DNA from: an uncultured delta proteobacterium
GTDB taxonomy: Bacteria; Desulfobacterota; Desulfuromonadia; Desulfuromonadales; JACZKF01
DNA: 64,000 nt
Reading direction: 5' to 3'
Assembly (NCBI GenBank): GCA_963816395.1
Contig: CAWFKQ010000006.1
Location: forward strand, 64,001 to 128,000
Positions 23,848 through 35,956 of the stretch are shown here, one piece after another. The notes beneath the pieces were generated by a model. That model searched no databases. It had not been told where the DNA came from and saw only the letters and a program-made list of their open reading frames with translations. A program made the position numbers and the translations under genes. Numbering within the stretch: the first letter of the stretch is position 1; the number at the start of each line of letters is the position of its first letter.

Positions 23848-24371
23848 TTCTGCGCTTCGAATTCCCGGTACCCCTGGTAGATCTTGGTGGCGCCGGTAAA
23901 AGGCATCAGCCGCAGGGTCAACACCCGGTCGCCGCCATCGTCGAGATGGATCACCGTCTCATCCAGCCAGCCGACCGGATGAATATCGGCGGTCACCTCG
24001 CCGGAAGTGGATTTGCCCTTGCCCACCACCTCCACGTCGCGGAAGCGGACCGCCTTCTTCAGATGCTGCTGCCGCCCGGTGCCGGTGACCTCGACCAACT
24101 CGCCGTTTTCCTCCTGCCGCTTGGCCGCGAAGGTTTCCTCATCCAGGTCAAAGACCAGCCGGTAAGGACGGCCGGTGAGGGCGGACTCGTTGTAGAGGTA
24201 TTTGACCGTGCCGGCCAGCCGGCGGGCCGAGGCATCGAGGCCATCCTCGCCGATGCCGGTCAGCATCGGCAGCGTCAGGGCCGAGAAGAGGCCGATCAGC
24301 AGGAGAACGACTGCCAGTTCGATGAGGGTGAAGCCGGAGTTACTGGATTTCCCAGCTGTTGATATCGGCAT
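23844..24371 (-). CDS. gspH: type II secretion minor pseudopilin H
   Basis: MPISTAGKSSNSGFTLIELAVVL, overlapping the gspG end. Confidence 0.8.
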   Translation of the reverse strand: MPISTAGKSSNSGFTLIELAVVLLLIGLFSALTLPMLTGIGEDGLDASARRLAGTVKYLYNESALTGRPYRLVFDLDEETFAAKRQEENGELVEVTGTGRQQHLKKAVRFRDVEVVGKGKSTSGEVTADIHPVGWLDETVIHLDDGGDRVLTLRLMPFTGATKIYQGYREFEAQK

Positions 24372-24789
24372 TATTCCCATCGCCGCCCGGCTCGCCGTCG
24401 GCTCCCAACGAAGAGATGTCCACATCCCCCTGGCTGCCGGGGGAGAGAAAGACATACTCGCTCCCCCAGGGGTCTACCGGCAGCCGTTTCAGGTAACCGC
24501 CGTCCCGGTAGCGGGCCGGGATGCGGCCGATTTCCGGTTTGCTGACCAGGGACTGCAGACCCTGATCGGTGGTGGGATAAAAGCCGTTGTCCAGCTTGTA
24601 CATGGCCAGCGCCTGTTCGATCCCTTTGATGTCGACGGCGGCCTTGGTGCGTTTGGCCTCCTCCGGGCGATCGAGGATGCGCGGCACCACGACGGCCGCC
24701 AGAATCCCCAGAATGACCACCACGACCATGAGCTCGATGAGGGTGAAGCCCCGCTGGCTGCGCAGGAGAGATTGACGCTCGGTTTTCAT
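24340..24789 (-). CDS. gspG: type II secretion major pseudopilin G
   Basis: QRGFTLIELMVVVVILG, ALAMYKLDNGFYPTTDQGL, LPVDPWG, SLGADGEPGG. Confidence 0.95.
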   Translation of the reverse strand: MKTERQSLLRSQRGFTLIELMVVVVILGILAAVVVPRILDRPEEAKRTKAAVDIKGIEQALAMYKLDNGFYPTTDQGLQSLVSKPEIGRIPARYRDGGYLKRLPVDPWGSEYVFLSPGSQGDVDISSLGADGEPGGDGNNADINSWEIQ

Positions 24790-24887
24790 TGTCACTCCTT
24801 GTTGTCTCCAATCGATAGTTCTTTTCCAAGTTACAAGGCTTGAGGCCCAAGGGGGTGCCTGCTAGCCTCTAGCCTCTTAGCCTGCCT

Positions 24888-26104
24888 TTATCCCACCCCC
24901 TGGCTGGCCTGGAAAATCGGCAGCAGGATGGAGAGGACGATGAAGCCGACGACGCCGCCCATGAACAGTATCATGAACGGTTCGAGCAGGGAAAGCATGC
25001 CGGTGATGGCCAGATCCACCTGGTGGTCGTAGGCATCCGCTACCCGGAACAGCATCTCTTCCAGCTCGCCGCTGCGCTCGCCGACCGCCGCCATCTGCGC
25101 CACCATCGGCGGGAAAGACTCCCGAGCGGCGGATCGGAGCGGCCAGGCCCTCCCCTTCCCGGACGGCGACCGCCGTATCCTCCAGGGCCTGCCGCAGCAC
25201 CCGGTTCTGCATCAGGTTGCAGACGATCTCCAGCGATTTCAGCAGAGGCACCCCGCTGTGCTGCAGGGTCGCCAGGGTGCGGGTGAAGCGGGAGGTGGCG
25301 AGCAGCAGGTTGAGGCGGCCGAAGAGCGGCATGGTGAGCGCCAGCCGGTCCAGCCGCAGGCGGCCGTCCTCGGTGCGGGCATAGCGGCGCACGGCGACCA
25401 GCCGCCGCCAGCAGCAGCAGGAGCAGCAGCCACCACCAGGCGCTGAAAAAATCGCTGGTGCGGATCAGCATCAGGGTCGGCAGGGGCAGGGTTTGCCCCA
25501 GATCCTGGATCATCCGGACGACCTTCGGCACGACGAAGGCGAAGAGGAAAAAGAGCACGCCCGTGCCGATCACCCCCATCAGCAGCGGATAGGCCATGGC
25601 GGCCTGGATGCGGCTTTTCATCCGCGCCTGCGCTTCGAGGAAATCGGCGAGGCGCTGCAGGACCTTGTCGAGGGTGCCGCTGCTCTCCCCGACCTGCACC
25701 ATGTTCACATACAGCACCGGGAAGATGCGCGGATGCCGGCCGAGGGCCGCATGCAGGGACTCTCCCTGGACGATCTCCTCGCGCACGGCGTTGAAGGTGC
25801 GGGCGAGCTGATCATGCTCCAGCTGACTGCCGATGGTGGCCAGGGCTTCATCCAGCGGCAGGCCGGCGCCGAGCAGGGTAGCCAGCTGGCGGGTGGCGGC
25901 GGCCAGTTCGGTGGACGGCACCCGCCGCGCCAGGCGCAGGCGGGCGAAGGCCGGGGCGGCGGCGGCGCTTTCCTCCTGCAGGGTGGTGGGATAGATCCCC
26001 TGGCCGCGCAGCTTCTGCAGCACGGCCCGGCGGCCGCTCGCCTCGACCGTCCCCGAAAGCTTTTTGCCGGCGGCGTTGAAGCCGGAATACTCAAAGATCG
26101 GCAA
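24888..26104 (-). CDS. gspF: type II secretion inner-membrane protein F, two frameshifts
   Basis: TRQLATLLGAGLPL, GESSGTLD, AMAYP, GERSGELE, LLEPFMILFMG, ILLPIF. Confidence 0.92.
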
Positions 26105-26105
26105 C

Positions 26106-27803
26106 TCAGACCTCCTCCTGGGTCACCCGCAGTACCTCCTCGATGGAGGTCTCGCCGGCCAGGGCCAGGGCCAGTCCCGAATCGCGCAGGGTCTTCATCC
26201 CCTTTTTCACGGCGGCGGATTTGATGCTGCCGGCATCCTTGTTCTGCAGCAGCAGGTCGCGCACCTGTTCATCCACCGGCAGCAGTTCGTAAATCCCGGT
26301 ACGGCCGCGGTAGCCGATCCCCAGGCACTGCGGGCAGCCGGCGCCGCGGTAGAAGGCGGCATCGGCGGGGACGACTCCGGCCAGCCCCATCTCGCGGATC
26401 GTCTCCGGGCTCGGGCGGTAGGCTTCCCGGCAGTTCGGGCAGATCTGGCGCACCAGGCGCTGGGCGAGGATGCCGACGATGGAGGAGGCGGCGAGGAACG
26501 GCTCCACCCCCATCTCCACCAGGCGGGTCAGGGCGCCGGCGGCATCGTTGGTATGCAGGGTGGAGAAGACCATGTGACCGGTGAGGGCCGACTGCACGGC
26601 GATCTCCGCCGTCTCCCCGTCGCGGATCTCGCCGACCATGATGATGTCCGGGTCCTGGCGCAGGATGGAGCGCAGCCCGGCGGCGAAGGTCAGGTTGATC
26701 TTCGAATTGACCTGGATCTGCCCTACTCCGGAGAGCTGGTATTCGATCGGGTCCTCGACGGTGATGATGTTCTTCTCCCGGCTGTTGAGGCGGGTCAGGG
26801 CCGCATAGAGGGTGGTGGTCTTGCCCGAGCCGGTGGGGCCGGTGACCAGGAAGATGCCGTGGCTCTTGCCGATCATCTGGCTGACCAGACGCAGCATCTC
26901 CGGGTTCATCCCCACGTCTTCCAGGGAGAGGACGCTGGAGGCCTTGTCGAGCAGTCGCATCACCACCCGCTCGCCGAAAGCGGTGGGAAGGGTGGAGACG
27001 CGCACATCGACGTCTTTGCCGGCGATGCGCACCCGGAAGCGGCCGTCCTGCGGCAGCCGCTTCTCGGCGATATTCAGGTTGGCCATGATCTTGATGCGCG
27101 AAGTGATGCTCGCCTGCGCTTTTGCCGGCGGCCGCAGAACCTCATAGAGGATGCCGTCGATGCGGTAGCGGGCGATCAGCTCCGACTCGAACGGTTCGAT
27201 ATGAATGTCGCTGGCCCGCTGCTTGTAGGCCTGGGTGATCAGACTGTTGACGAAGCGGATGATCGGCGCTTCGTCGGCGGCGTCGATCAGGTCGGCCGGC
27301 TCCAGGCTGCTGGCGAGTGGGTCGCCGCCGGCCTCGATGTCCTCGACGAAATCCTCGGTTTGGCCGGCCTGCCGTTCATAGCTGCGGTTGATGGCCCGCA
27401 GGATCTCCTCGGGGGTGGCCACGGCGATATCGAGACGGGTGCGGGTGAGGGCGGCCAGGTCATTGAGCGGCCGGGTATCGAGGGGATCGGAAACCGCCAC
27501 CTGGATCCGCCCGTCGCTGCGGGCGATGGGGAAGATGCGGTATTCCTTGGCAAAGGAAATGGGGATAAGCTCGAGCAGTTCCCCGTTCGCCGCCTCGTCC
27601 GGGATGATCTGCAGGTATTGCAGCCCCTGCTGGTCCGCCAGGGCGCTGGCCAGCATGTCGGGGGTGATGGCCTTCATGCCCAGCAGGATCTCCCCCAGCA
27701 GCCTGCCGCTCGTTTCCTGGTTCTGCAGGGCCTCCTCGAGTTTGGCGTCGGCGAGGCCGTGGCCGGTCTGGAGGATTTCCCCCAGCAGTCTGCGTTCGGT
27801 CAT
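26106..27803 (-). CDS. gspE: type II secretion ATPase E
   Basis: RASDIHIEP, EKRLPQDGR, GPTGSGKTTTLY, LRQDPDIIMVGEIRD, CxxC motifs. Confidence 0.95.
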   Translation of the reverse strand: MTERRLLGEILQTGHGLADAKLEEALQNQETSGRLLGEILLGMKAITPDMLASALADQQGLQYLQIIPDEAANGELLELIPISFAKEYRIFPIARSDGRIQVAVSDPLDTRPLNDLAALTRTRLDIAVATPEEILRAINRSYERQAGQTEDFVEDIEAGGDPLASSLEPADLIDAADEAPIIRFVNSLITQAYKQRASDIHIEPFESELIARYRIDGILYEVLRPPAKAQASITSRIKIMANLNIAEKRLPQDGRFRVRIAGKDVDVRVSTLPTAFGERVVMRLLDKASSVLSLEDVGMNPEMLRLVSQMIGKSHGIFLVTGPTGSGKTTTLYAALTRLNSREKNIITVEDPIEYQLSGVGQIQVNSKINLTFAAGLRSILRQDPDIIMVGEIRDGETAEIAVQSALTGHMVFSTLHTNDAAGALTRLVEMGVEPFLAASSIVGILAQRLVRQICPNCREAYRPSPETIREMGLAGVVPADAAFYRGAGCPQCLGIGYRGRTGIYELLPVDEQVRDLLLQNKDAGSIKSAAVKKGMKTLRDSGLALALAGETSIEEVLRVTQEEV

Positions 27804-27809
27804 GCGCTC

Positions 27810-29992
27810 CTATTTCTCCACGGCCGGCTGCTCCGGGGTCTCTTCCGGGGGGGTAACGCCCGGTACTAGCAGCGGTCTTGGTTGCTCTATGTTGGTCTGC
27901 GGGACGTAAAGGCCCTTTTTGAACTGTTCCATATCGGCGCGGCTGCGGTTGGTGACCGTCGCCAGATCACCGGGACTGCGCACAACCCGCGGGGTGATGA
28001 AGACCAGCAGGTTGGTCTTGCGGTTGGTGGTGCTCGTGTGCTTGAACAGCCAGCCGAGAACCGGGATATCGCCCAGCAGCGGCACCTTGGAGACGCTCTC
28101 CTGCTGGTTGTTGCTGATCAGGCCGCCGAGCACGACCGTCCTGCCGTTCTCGGCGAGGACGGTGTTGCGGATCGAGCGCTTGGTCAGGGTCGGGCCGACC
28201 TGGTTGACATCGCCGACGCTGGTTGGTGGCGATATCGGTGATCTCCTGCAGGACGTTCAGCCGCACCAGGTTCCCCTCGGTGATCTGGGGGGTGAAGCGC
28301 AGGGTCAGGGCGACGTCCTGGCGCTCGACGGTGACGCTCTGGGCCAGGCCGGTCGAGGCGCCGGTGTCGGTGAGGCGCTGGGTGATGATCGGCACGTTCT
28401 GACCGACGATGATCTCCGCCTCCTCATTGTCCGAGGTCAGCAGGCGCGGGGCGGAGAGGATGTTGACGTCCGAATCGGTCTTGGAGATATCGATCAGGGC
28501 CGAGAGGGCCGGGACGGTGATTTCCTTGCCGTCCGGACCGGTGACGGTGATCGGGTTGAAGATGCCGCCGAGCAGGATGCCGTTGAGCGTCTGGGTCAGC
28601 AGGCTGGGGACGGAGGACTCGCCGGACGGGGCGAGACTGGTCAGCCCGGCCTGCGTCTGGTTCAGGTTGCTGGTGCCGATGACGGCCCCGTCGGAACCGA
28701 CGCTGAGCGCTCCCTGCAGGGAGGCGCCGAGCCTTTTGGTGGCGTCCATGGACAGCTCGAGGATCAGCGCCTCGACGAACACCTGCTTGCCGTTTGACGT
28801 CAAGCTGGGCGATGATCCCCTTGATGGTGTCGTAATCCTCCGGCGTGGAGTTGACGATTAGGGAATTGGTCGGCTTGTCGGCGGTGATGGCCACCGACCC
28901 CAGTGCCTGCGGCTGCTGCCCGGCCGCCGCCGGTGTTCTGGCCGGAGCCGGCTGCCCCGGACGGGTGGCGGCGCCGCGTGGCTGGGCCTTGATGCCGGTA
29001 ACGATCTGGTTGAGGGTGGTGGCCAGCGTCTCGGCGTCGGCGTTCTCCAGGTAGTAGACGTAGATGCCGGCGTGCTCCTGGGCCGGTTTCTTGTCGAGTT
29101 CCGCGACCAGGTGCCGGATCAGGTTCATATCTTCGGCAGTGGCCAGCACCACCACCGTGTTCGTGCGGGGGTAGGGAAGGACTTTGCTGGTTTCCGGCTG
29201 TCCCCCGGCGGTCTGCACATTGCGGGTCGCGCGCCGGCGCACCGGTGCAGCTGGCGTCCCCTGGGTAAGGATCTGGTTGAGCAGCGTCGCCAGTTCGGTG
29301 GCATCGGCGTACTGCAGGGGAATGATTTCCATCAGGTCCGGGCCGTTGGAAACGTCCAGTTCCTTGATGATCTTCACCAGGCGGTCGATATTGGAGGCGT
29401 TATCGGTGATGATCAGGGTATTGGCCGGCGGATAGGCGACGATGCTGCTGGTCTTCGATACCAACGGCGCGATGGTGGTCGCAACCGTCGCGGCATCGGT
29501 GTTCACCAGGGGAATCAGGCGGGTGATGTATTCTTCCGCCGGGTGCGGCAGCGCCTTGGTGAAGGTCGGCAGATTGCTTTCTTTCGCGTCCCGGACGGGG
29601 ATGACCTTGTTCACCTTGCCGGAGGGAACCACGGTATATCCCTTGACGGCGAGCACAGTGAGGAAGACATTATAGGCCTGGTCGAGACTCATCGGCTCGG
29701 GGGAGATGACGGTCGCCTTGCCCCTGACCGTTTCATCGTAGATGAAATTTTTTCCGGTCAGTTCGCTGATGGTTTGGATCAGATCAGTCAGCTCAATATC
29801 CTTGAAATTGAGTGATACCTTGCCGCCCTTGGGCAACTTGGCCGGTCTGGCCTCGACCGGTTTTGTCGGCGGCTTTTCCGCCTCTGGTGCCGATGGTGGT
29901 GCTGGGGCCGTCGGTTGCTGAGCGAAACCGGGGCCGGCAATGAACAGGCTCAGACAGACCAGGAGCCATACGCCAGGGAATTTTCCGCACAC
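27810..29992 (-). CDS. gspD: type II secretion secretin D, two frameshifts
   Basis: SLNFKDIEL N0 domain, QVFVEALILE, NILSAPRLLTSDNEEAEI, KVPLLGDIPVLGWLF. Confidence 0.92.
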
Positions 29993-30004
29993 AGGAGAGT
30001 CCTC

Positions 30005-30910
30005 CTAATTGATTTCATACTCAAAACTGAAACTGCTGCCGTTGCGCAGCAGGCCGATCGAAATATTTTTTGCTTCCCGCAATTGCTGGAAGACCTGCAG
30101 GGCCTTCTCGGGGCTGTCGAGCGCTACTCCGTTGATCTGCATGAGAACATCTCCCCGCTGAATGCCGAGGCCGGCCAGCAGGGAACGCGGCTGTATCATC
30201 CGTACGACGAAGCCCTCGGTCTTGCCGTTGACGATGTTCGGCTCCACCCGGGCCTGCTTGAGCAGCTCATTGATGTTGCCGCGCGCCTCTTCCGCCACTG
30301 ACTGCGGAATAACCCAGCGGTTCTCGCCGACCGGCCGGATTTCCCCGGCGACCGGGTTGCCGGCGGGCGCCGCGGGCGCGGCGGGCGACCTCGCGGCGGC
30401 CCGTTTGTCCGGCGGGGCGGGCTCGGCAAAAAGGGAGAGCACCTGCAGCGACCCGTCGGGGCCGCGGATCTGCACCGACAGCCGGCTGATCTCCTCGAGT
30501 TGGCCGCCGCCTGGGACCTTGTCCCCCAGTCGATAGGTTTTCACCTCCTGGCCCGATTTGATGACGGCCAATGATCCTGGTCCCCGGGTGACGGTACCGA
30601 ACAGGGTCAGATCGGTGCGGACCACCGGTGTCGCCGCTGCTGTCGCTGCGCTGCCTTCCTCGGCGGTCAATGAGGCTGTCTGGCGAGCGGTGGAATCGAA
30701 GATGTTGCGCTCGAGGACCACCTGGAAATCGACCAGAGCGGAAGGCTTGGCCGCCTCCGGGCGTTCGCGGTCCAGGCCGCCGGCGGGCAGGATGGGGGGG
30801 CTGAGATAGATCCCGAGGGCGGTGGCGGCCAGGTGTCCCAGGGCAACGCCAAGCAATAGGGGGAGCAGAAGGTAAAACCCCCGGTAGTGTTTCTGAAGAA
30901 AGGAAGACAT
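30005..30910 (-). CDS. gspC: type II secretion protein C (PDZ)
   Basis: TM, RNIFDS, HR domain, PDZ LGIQRGDVLMQING. Confidence 0.88.
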   Translation of the reverse strand: MSSFLQKHYRGFYLLLPLLLGVALGHLAATALGIYLSPPILPAGGLDRERPEAAKPSALVDFQVVLERNIFDSTARQTASLTAEEGSAATAAATPVVRTDLTLFGTVTRGPGSLAVIKSGQEVKTYRLGDKVPGGGQLEEISRLSVQIRGPDGSLQVLSLFAEPAPPDKRAAARSPAAPAAPAGNPVAGEIRPVGENRWVIPQSVAEEARGNINELLKQARVEPNIVNGKTEGFVVRMIQPRSLLAGLGIQRGDVLMQINGVALDSPEKALQVFQQLREAKNISIGLLRNGSSFSFEYEIN

Positions 30911-31217
30911 CGGATTCTCGGCGGAAGGTACCGACTGTCGGTAAACGACAGTTGGAAAATGTTACCTGAACTTAATGCCTTTGTCAAAAGATGGAAAGGG
31001 CTAATTGCCAGTTTTTCCTGGCAAATGGAAGGTAATCCCGAAAGGCCGGCAAACCGGCATGACATGTTGGGATCGGAGTATAGCGCAGGGGGGGATCTTT
31101 ATGCAAGGGGGGGGCCTGGTGGGGGGGGCGGCCGCCTCGCGGAGTGAAGCTCTGCTTTGTATTTTCCCCCTCTTGTGAAATAATGGCGCCTTTGGAAAAA
31201 CCTCAGCGAGGCAGTTC

Positions 31218-33893
31218 ATGACCGCTCAACCCAAGCGCCTGTATCTCATCGACGGCTCCGGCTACATCTACCGGGCCTATTTCGCCATCCGCCATCTTTC
31301 CAACTCCAAGGGGCTGGCGACCAACGCCATCTATGGCTTCACCAACATGCTGCTCAAGGTGGTGCGGGAGGAAAAGCCCGATCATCTGGCGGTGATCTTC
31401 GATGCCAAGGGGCCTTCCTTTCGCAAAGAGATCTATCCCGCATACAAGGCCAACCGGGTGGCGATGCCGGACGACCTGGTGCCGCAGATTCCGCTGATCA
31501 AGGAGGTGGTGCGCGGTTTCCGCATGCCGGCCATCGAGCTGGCGGGCTACGAGGCGGACGATATCATCGCCACCCTGGCCCGCCGCTTCACCGCCGAAGG
31601 GATGGAGATCACCGTGGTCACCGGCGACAAGGACCTGATGCAGATCGTCGGCGAGCGGGTGCGCCTGTACGACACCATGCGCGAGAAGTTCTCCGGCCTG
31701 CCGGAGGTGGCGGAGCGCTTCGGCGGCCCGCCGGAGAAGGTGGCGGACGTGCTCGCCCTGGCCGGCGACACCTCGGACAACATTCCCGGGGTGCCGGGAA
31801 TCGGCGAGAAGACGGCGCGGGAGTTGATCGCCGAATTCGGCTCGCTGGAGGACCTGCTGGCCAATATCGACAAGGTGAAGGGGGCCAAACGGCAGGAGAA
31901 CCTGCGCACCTTCGCCGACCAGGCCCGGCTTTCGCGGCAACTGGTCCTGCTGCGCGAGGACCTCCCCCTGGAAGTCGACTATGACGACTTCGCCCTCTCG
32001 GCGCCGGATCGGGAGGCGCTGACCGCCCTGTTCAAGGAGATGGAGTTCCACAAGCTGCTGCAGGAGTTCTCGGCCGACACCCGCACCACCGGCGAAGGCT
32101 ATCACTGCGTCTTCACGCCCGAGGCCTTTGCGGCGATGGTCGTGGAACTGGAGCAGGCCGGGCGCTTCTGCCTGGACACCGAGACGACCAGCCTCGATCC
32201 GCTGCGGGCCGAGGTGGTCGGACTCTCTTTCGCCGTGCGACCGCACGAGGCCTGGTATGTCCCCCTGGCGCACCGCTACCTGGGAGTGCCGCAGCAGCTC
32301 GACCGGCAGACGGTGCTGGAGCGGCTGCGGCCGCTGCTGGAAGATCCCGCCGTGCCGAAATGCGGCCAGAACCTCAAGTACGACGTCCTGGTGCTGCGCC
32401 GGGCCGGCATTCGCCTGGCGGGGCTCGGCTTCGACACCATGATCGCCTCCTACCTGGCGCAGCCGGCGGCCAAGTCGCACTCCCTCGATACCATGGCCGC
32501 CGAGCTTCTCGGGCATCAGATGATCACCTACGGCGAATTGACCGGCAGCGGCAAGAAGCAGATCGGTTTCGAGGAAGTCGAATGCGACCGGGCGGCCATC
32601 TACTCGGCCGAGGACGCCGACATCACCTTGCGCCTGATGGAGAAGCTGGCGCCGAGACTGGCCGAGACCGGCCAGGACAAACTCTTCCGCGAGGTGGAGA
32701 TGGCGCTGCTGCCGGTGCTCATCGACATGGAATGGGCGGGGGTGCGCATCGACCCGGTCTTCCTGCGGCAGCTCAGCGGCGAACTGGCGGCGAAGCTGAC
32801 GGCCCTGGAGACGAAGATCCACGAGATGTGCGGCGGACCGTTCAATATCGGCTCGCCCAAGCAGCTCGGGGAGGTTCTTTTCGGCCGGCTGAAGCTGGCC
32901 CGCGGCAAGCGCACCAAGACCGGCTGGTCCACCGATGTCGAGGTCCTCACCAAACTGGCCGAGGAGCACGAGGTCTGCGCCCGCATCCTCGACTACCGCT
33001 CCCTGGCCAAGCTGACCAGCACCTACACGGACAACCTGCCCAGGCTGATTCATCCCGGAAACCGGGCGCATCCACACCTCCTTCAACCAGACGGTGACCG
33101 CCACGGGACGGCTCTCCTCCAGCGACCCCAACCTGCAGAACATCCCCATCCGCACCGAGGAGGGGAGCCGCATCCGCGAGGCCTTCATCCCGGCCGAGGG
33201 GAACCTCCTGCTCTCCGCCGACTACTCACAGGTGGAACTGCGCATCCTCGGCCACCTGGCCGCCGAGCCGGCGCTGGAGGAGAGTTTCGCCCGCGGCGAG
33301 GATATTCACCGGCGTACCGCCAGCGAGATCTTCGGCGTCTTTCCCGACCTGGTCACCGCCGAGATGCGCCGGCAGGCGAAGACGATCAACTTCGGCGTTA
33401 TCTACGGGATGAGCGCCTTCGGCCTGGCCAAGGAACTGGGGATCGGCCGCCGCGAGGCGCAGGACTACATCGACAGCTACTTCGCCCGCTACCCGAAAGT
33501 CAAGGAATTCATGGACCGCAAGGTCGCCGAGGCGCGGGAGAAGCAGTTTGTCACCACCCTGCTCGGCCGGCGCTGCGCCATCCCGGAAATCCTCAGCCGG
33601 AACGGCGCGGTGCGCGCCTTTGCCGAGCGCAACGCCATCAATTACCCGATCCAGGGCTCGGCCGCCGACATCATCAAGGTAGCGATGGTCAACGTCCACC
33701 GGCGCCTGCAGCGGGAAGGGCTGGGCGCCCGCATGGTCCTGCAGGTGCATGACGAACTGGTCTTCGACGTTCCCGAGGCGGAACTGGCGGCGGTCACCGC
33801 CCTGGTCCGCGAGGAGATGGAAGGAGCCGTGCGGCTCGATGTCCCCCTGGTGGTCGACATCGGCACGGCCGCAACTGGCGCGAGGCGCATTGA
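31218..33893 (+). CDS. polA: DNA polymerase I, frameshifts near 33060 and 33868
   Basis: LIDGSGYIYRAYFA 5'-3' exonuclease, LDTETT 3'-5' exonuclease, TGRLSSSDPNLQNIP, ADYSQVELR, AKTINFGVIYGM, LQVHDEL; repaired end GRNWREAH*. Confidence 0.96.
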
Positions 33894-33963
33894 AGCAGTG
33901 AGGCAGTAAGTAGTGTAGATAGTGAGGTAGTAAAAACTATCGCACTACCTCGCTATCTCGCTT
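33894..33963. repeat. short tandem/inverted repeat hairpin after polA
   Basis: gcagtgaggcagtaagtagtgtagatagtgaggtagt ... actatcgcactacctcgctatctcgc; related to 50827-50874. Confidence 0.55.
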
Positions 33964-34029
33964 GTTTTCACCACGTGAAAACGATAGAATTATTCTAATT
34001 ATTTTCATTGCGATCTTCTGGAGGAGAGA

Positions 34030-34896
34030 ATGATCAAGGACATCGGATTCATCGGCCTGGGGACGGTCGGCCGGCACATGGCGGCCCATCTGGCCCGGGG
34101 GGATTACCGGCTGACGGTATACGACCGCCATCCGGCGGAGGTGGGGGAACTGGAACAGCTGGGTGCGAAGCCGGCGGCCACCCCCCGGGATGCGTCCCGG
34201 GGAAATGACCTGGTGGTCGTCATCCTGCCCGAGAAAGAGGAAATGGAGGCGGCCCGGGGCGGCGAAGAGGGATTTCTGGCCGGTCTTGTCCCCGGAACCA
34301 TTCTGGTCGACATGGGTACCCACTCCCTGGAGGCCACCCAGGGGCTGGCCGCCGAAGCCGTTGCCCGCCGGGTACTGTTCCTCGATGCGCCGGTCTGGGG
34401 GACCAAGGAGCACGCGGCCAACGGCCTGCTGACCCTCCTGGTCGGCGGCGACCCGGCCCTGCTCAGCCGCTGCCGGGAAGCTTTTTCCCGCTTCTGCCTG
34501 AACATCATCCATGTCGGGCAGGTTGGGGACGCGACCCGGATGAAGTTCGTCGTCAACCTGATGCAGGCCGAACTCATGCAGGCCCTGGCGGAGGGGCTGG
34601 TCCTGGGGGAGAAACTCGGCTTCTCTGCTGAAAAAGTCCTCGAGGTTCTTGATTCCGGAGGGGTGGCTTCGCCGCTCTTCCATGCCAAGGGGCGCGCCAT
34701 CGCCCGCGGCGATTTCAGCCGCAACCTGGCCCTGAAGTACGTGCATGAGGGATTGCTGCTGGTCATGGAGGCCATTGCCAAGGACAACCTCAAGCTTCCC
34801 GCTGCCGAGGCCGTGTGCCGTACCTTCGAACAGGCGGTGTGCGACGGCCGCGGCGAGGAGGACTTCTCGGCGGTTATAAAGACGCTGTGGTCGTAG
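34030..34896 (+). CDS. NAD(P)-dependent oxidoreductase, 3-hydroxyisobutyrate dehydrogenase family
   Basis: IGFIGLGTVG Rossmann motif, FLDAPVWG, MKFVVNL, EALVLG-like segment. Confidence 0.88.
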   Translation: MIKDIGFIGLGTVGRHMAAHLARGDYRLTVYDRHPAEVGELEQLGAKPAATPRDASRGNDLVVVILPEKEEMEAARGGEEGFLAGLVPGTILVDMGTHSLEATQGLAAEAVARRVLFLDAPVWGTKEHAANGLLTLLVGGDPALLSRCREAFSRFCLNIIHVGQVGDATRMKFVVNLMQAELMQALAEGLVLGEKLGFSAEKVLEVLDSGGVASPLFHAKGRAIARGDFSRNLALKYVHEGLLLVMEAIAKDNLKLPAAEAVCRTFEQAVCDGRGEEDFSAVIKTLWS

Positions 34897-34977
34897 TAGA
34901 GGCCTGATACGGCGGTAAGGCAGGGGGCGCCCGGACGGAGGCGCCTCTGCCGCCTTCGCATTTTGCTCACGGTGTTT

Positions 34978-35881
34978 ATGCTGAATTTCCTGCCGCCGCT
35001 GTTCCGGGGCGGGCTGACCTTCTGCCTGCTGTTTCTCAATAGCGTGTTCTGGTGTCTGCCCTTTATTCCCGGCGCCCTGCTCAAGCTCCCGCCGCATGCC
35101 GGCTGGCGGACCGGCTGCACCGCTCTGCTGCGGCGGCTGGGTGATGGCTGGATCGCCGGCGTCAACCTGATCGTTCGCCGGACCCTGCCGACCACCTGGG
35201 ATATCAGAGGCGCCGGTTGACCTGAGCCGGTCGGAAAGTTACCTCCTGCTGGCCAATCATCAGTCTTGGGTCGATATTTTCGTCCTGCTGCGACTCTTCG
35301 ACCGGCGCATCCCCTTTCCTGTCTTCTTCGTCAAGAAGGAGCTGCGCTGGCTGCCGCTGCTCGGCGTGGCCATGTGGGCACTCGATTTTCCCTTTGTCGA
35401 GCGCTATCCGCAGGCGATGGTCGAGCGTCGGCCGCAACTGCGCGGCCGGGATCTGGAGACCGCCCGGCGGGCCTGCGAGAGCTATCGGGAGTTGCCGGTG
35501 ACGCTGGTCAACTTTGCGGAGGGAACGCGTTTTACCCTCGACAAGTATCGCCGCCAGGGATCGCCCTATCGGCACCTGCTGCGCCCCCGGCCGGGCGGCG
35601 CCGGCGTGGTCCTGACCACCCTCGGCGAGCGCCTGGCGGCCATTCTCGACGTCACCATCGCCTATCCGGATGGCCCCCCCCGTTTTCGGGATTTTCTTGC
35701 CGGGCGCGTGCCTCGGGTGATTGCCCGAGTGCGGCGGCGGAGAGTGCCGGCGGACCTCGCCGGCGACTATCAGGGGGATGCCGTCCTCCGCCAGCGGTAC
35801 CGTGCCTGGCTGGAAAATATCTGGCTCGACAAGGACCGGCAGATTGACCATCTTTTGCGCGAAGAGGTCGCTGGCGGCTAA
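34978..35881 (+). CDS. PlsC/YihG-like acyltransferase, frameshifted near 35210
   Basis: ANHQSWVDI (HxxxxD), FFVKKEL, NFAEGTRF, HLLRPRPGG, LDVTIAY. Confidence 0.85.
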
Positions 35882-35956
35882 GCGAACTCGCCAGTTCCCA
35901 CCCGGAGTTTCCGAGCTGGCAACCAAGCTGGCGCTGTTCTTTTCCCTCGGAATCCC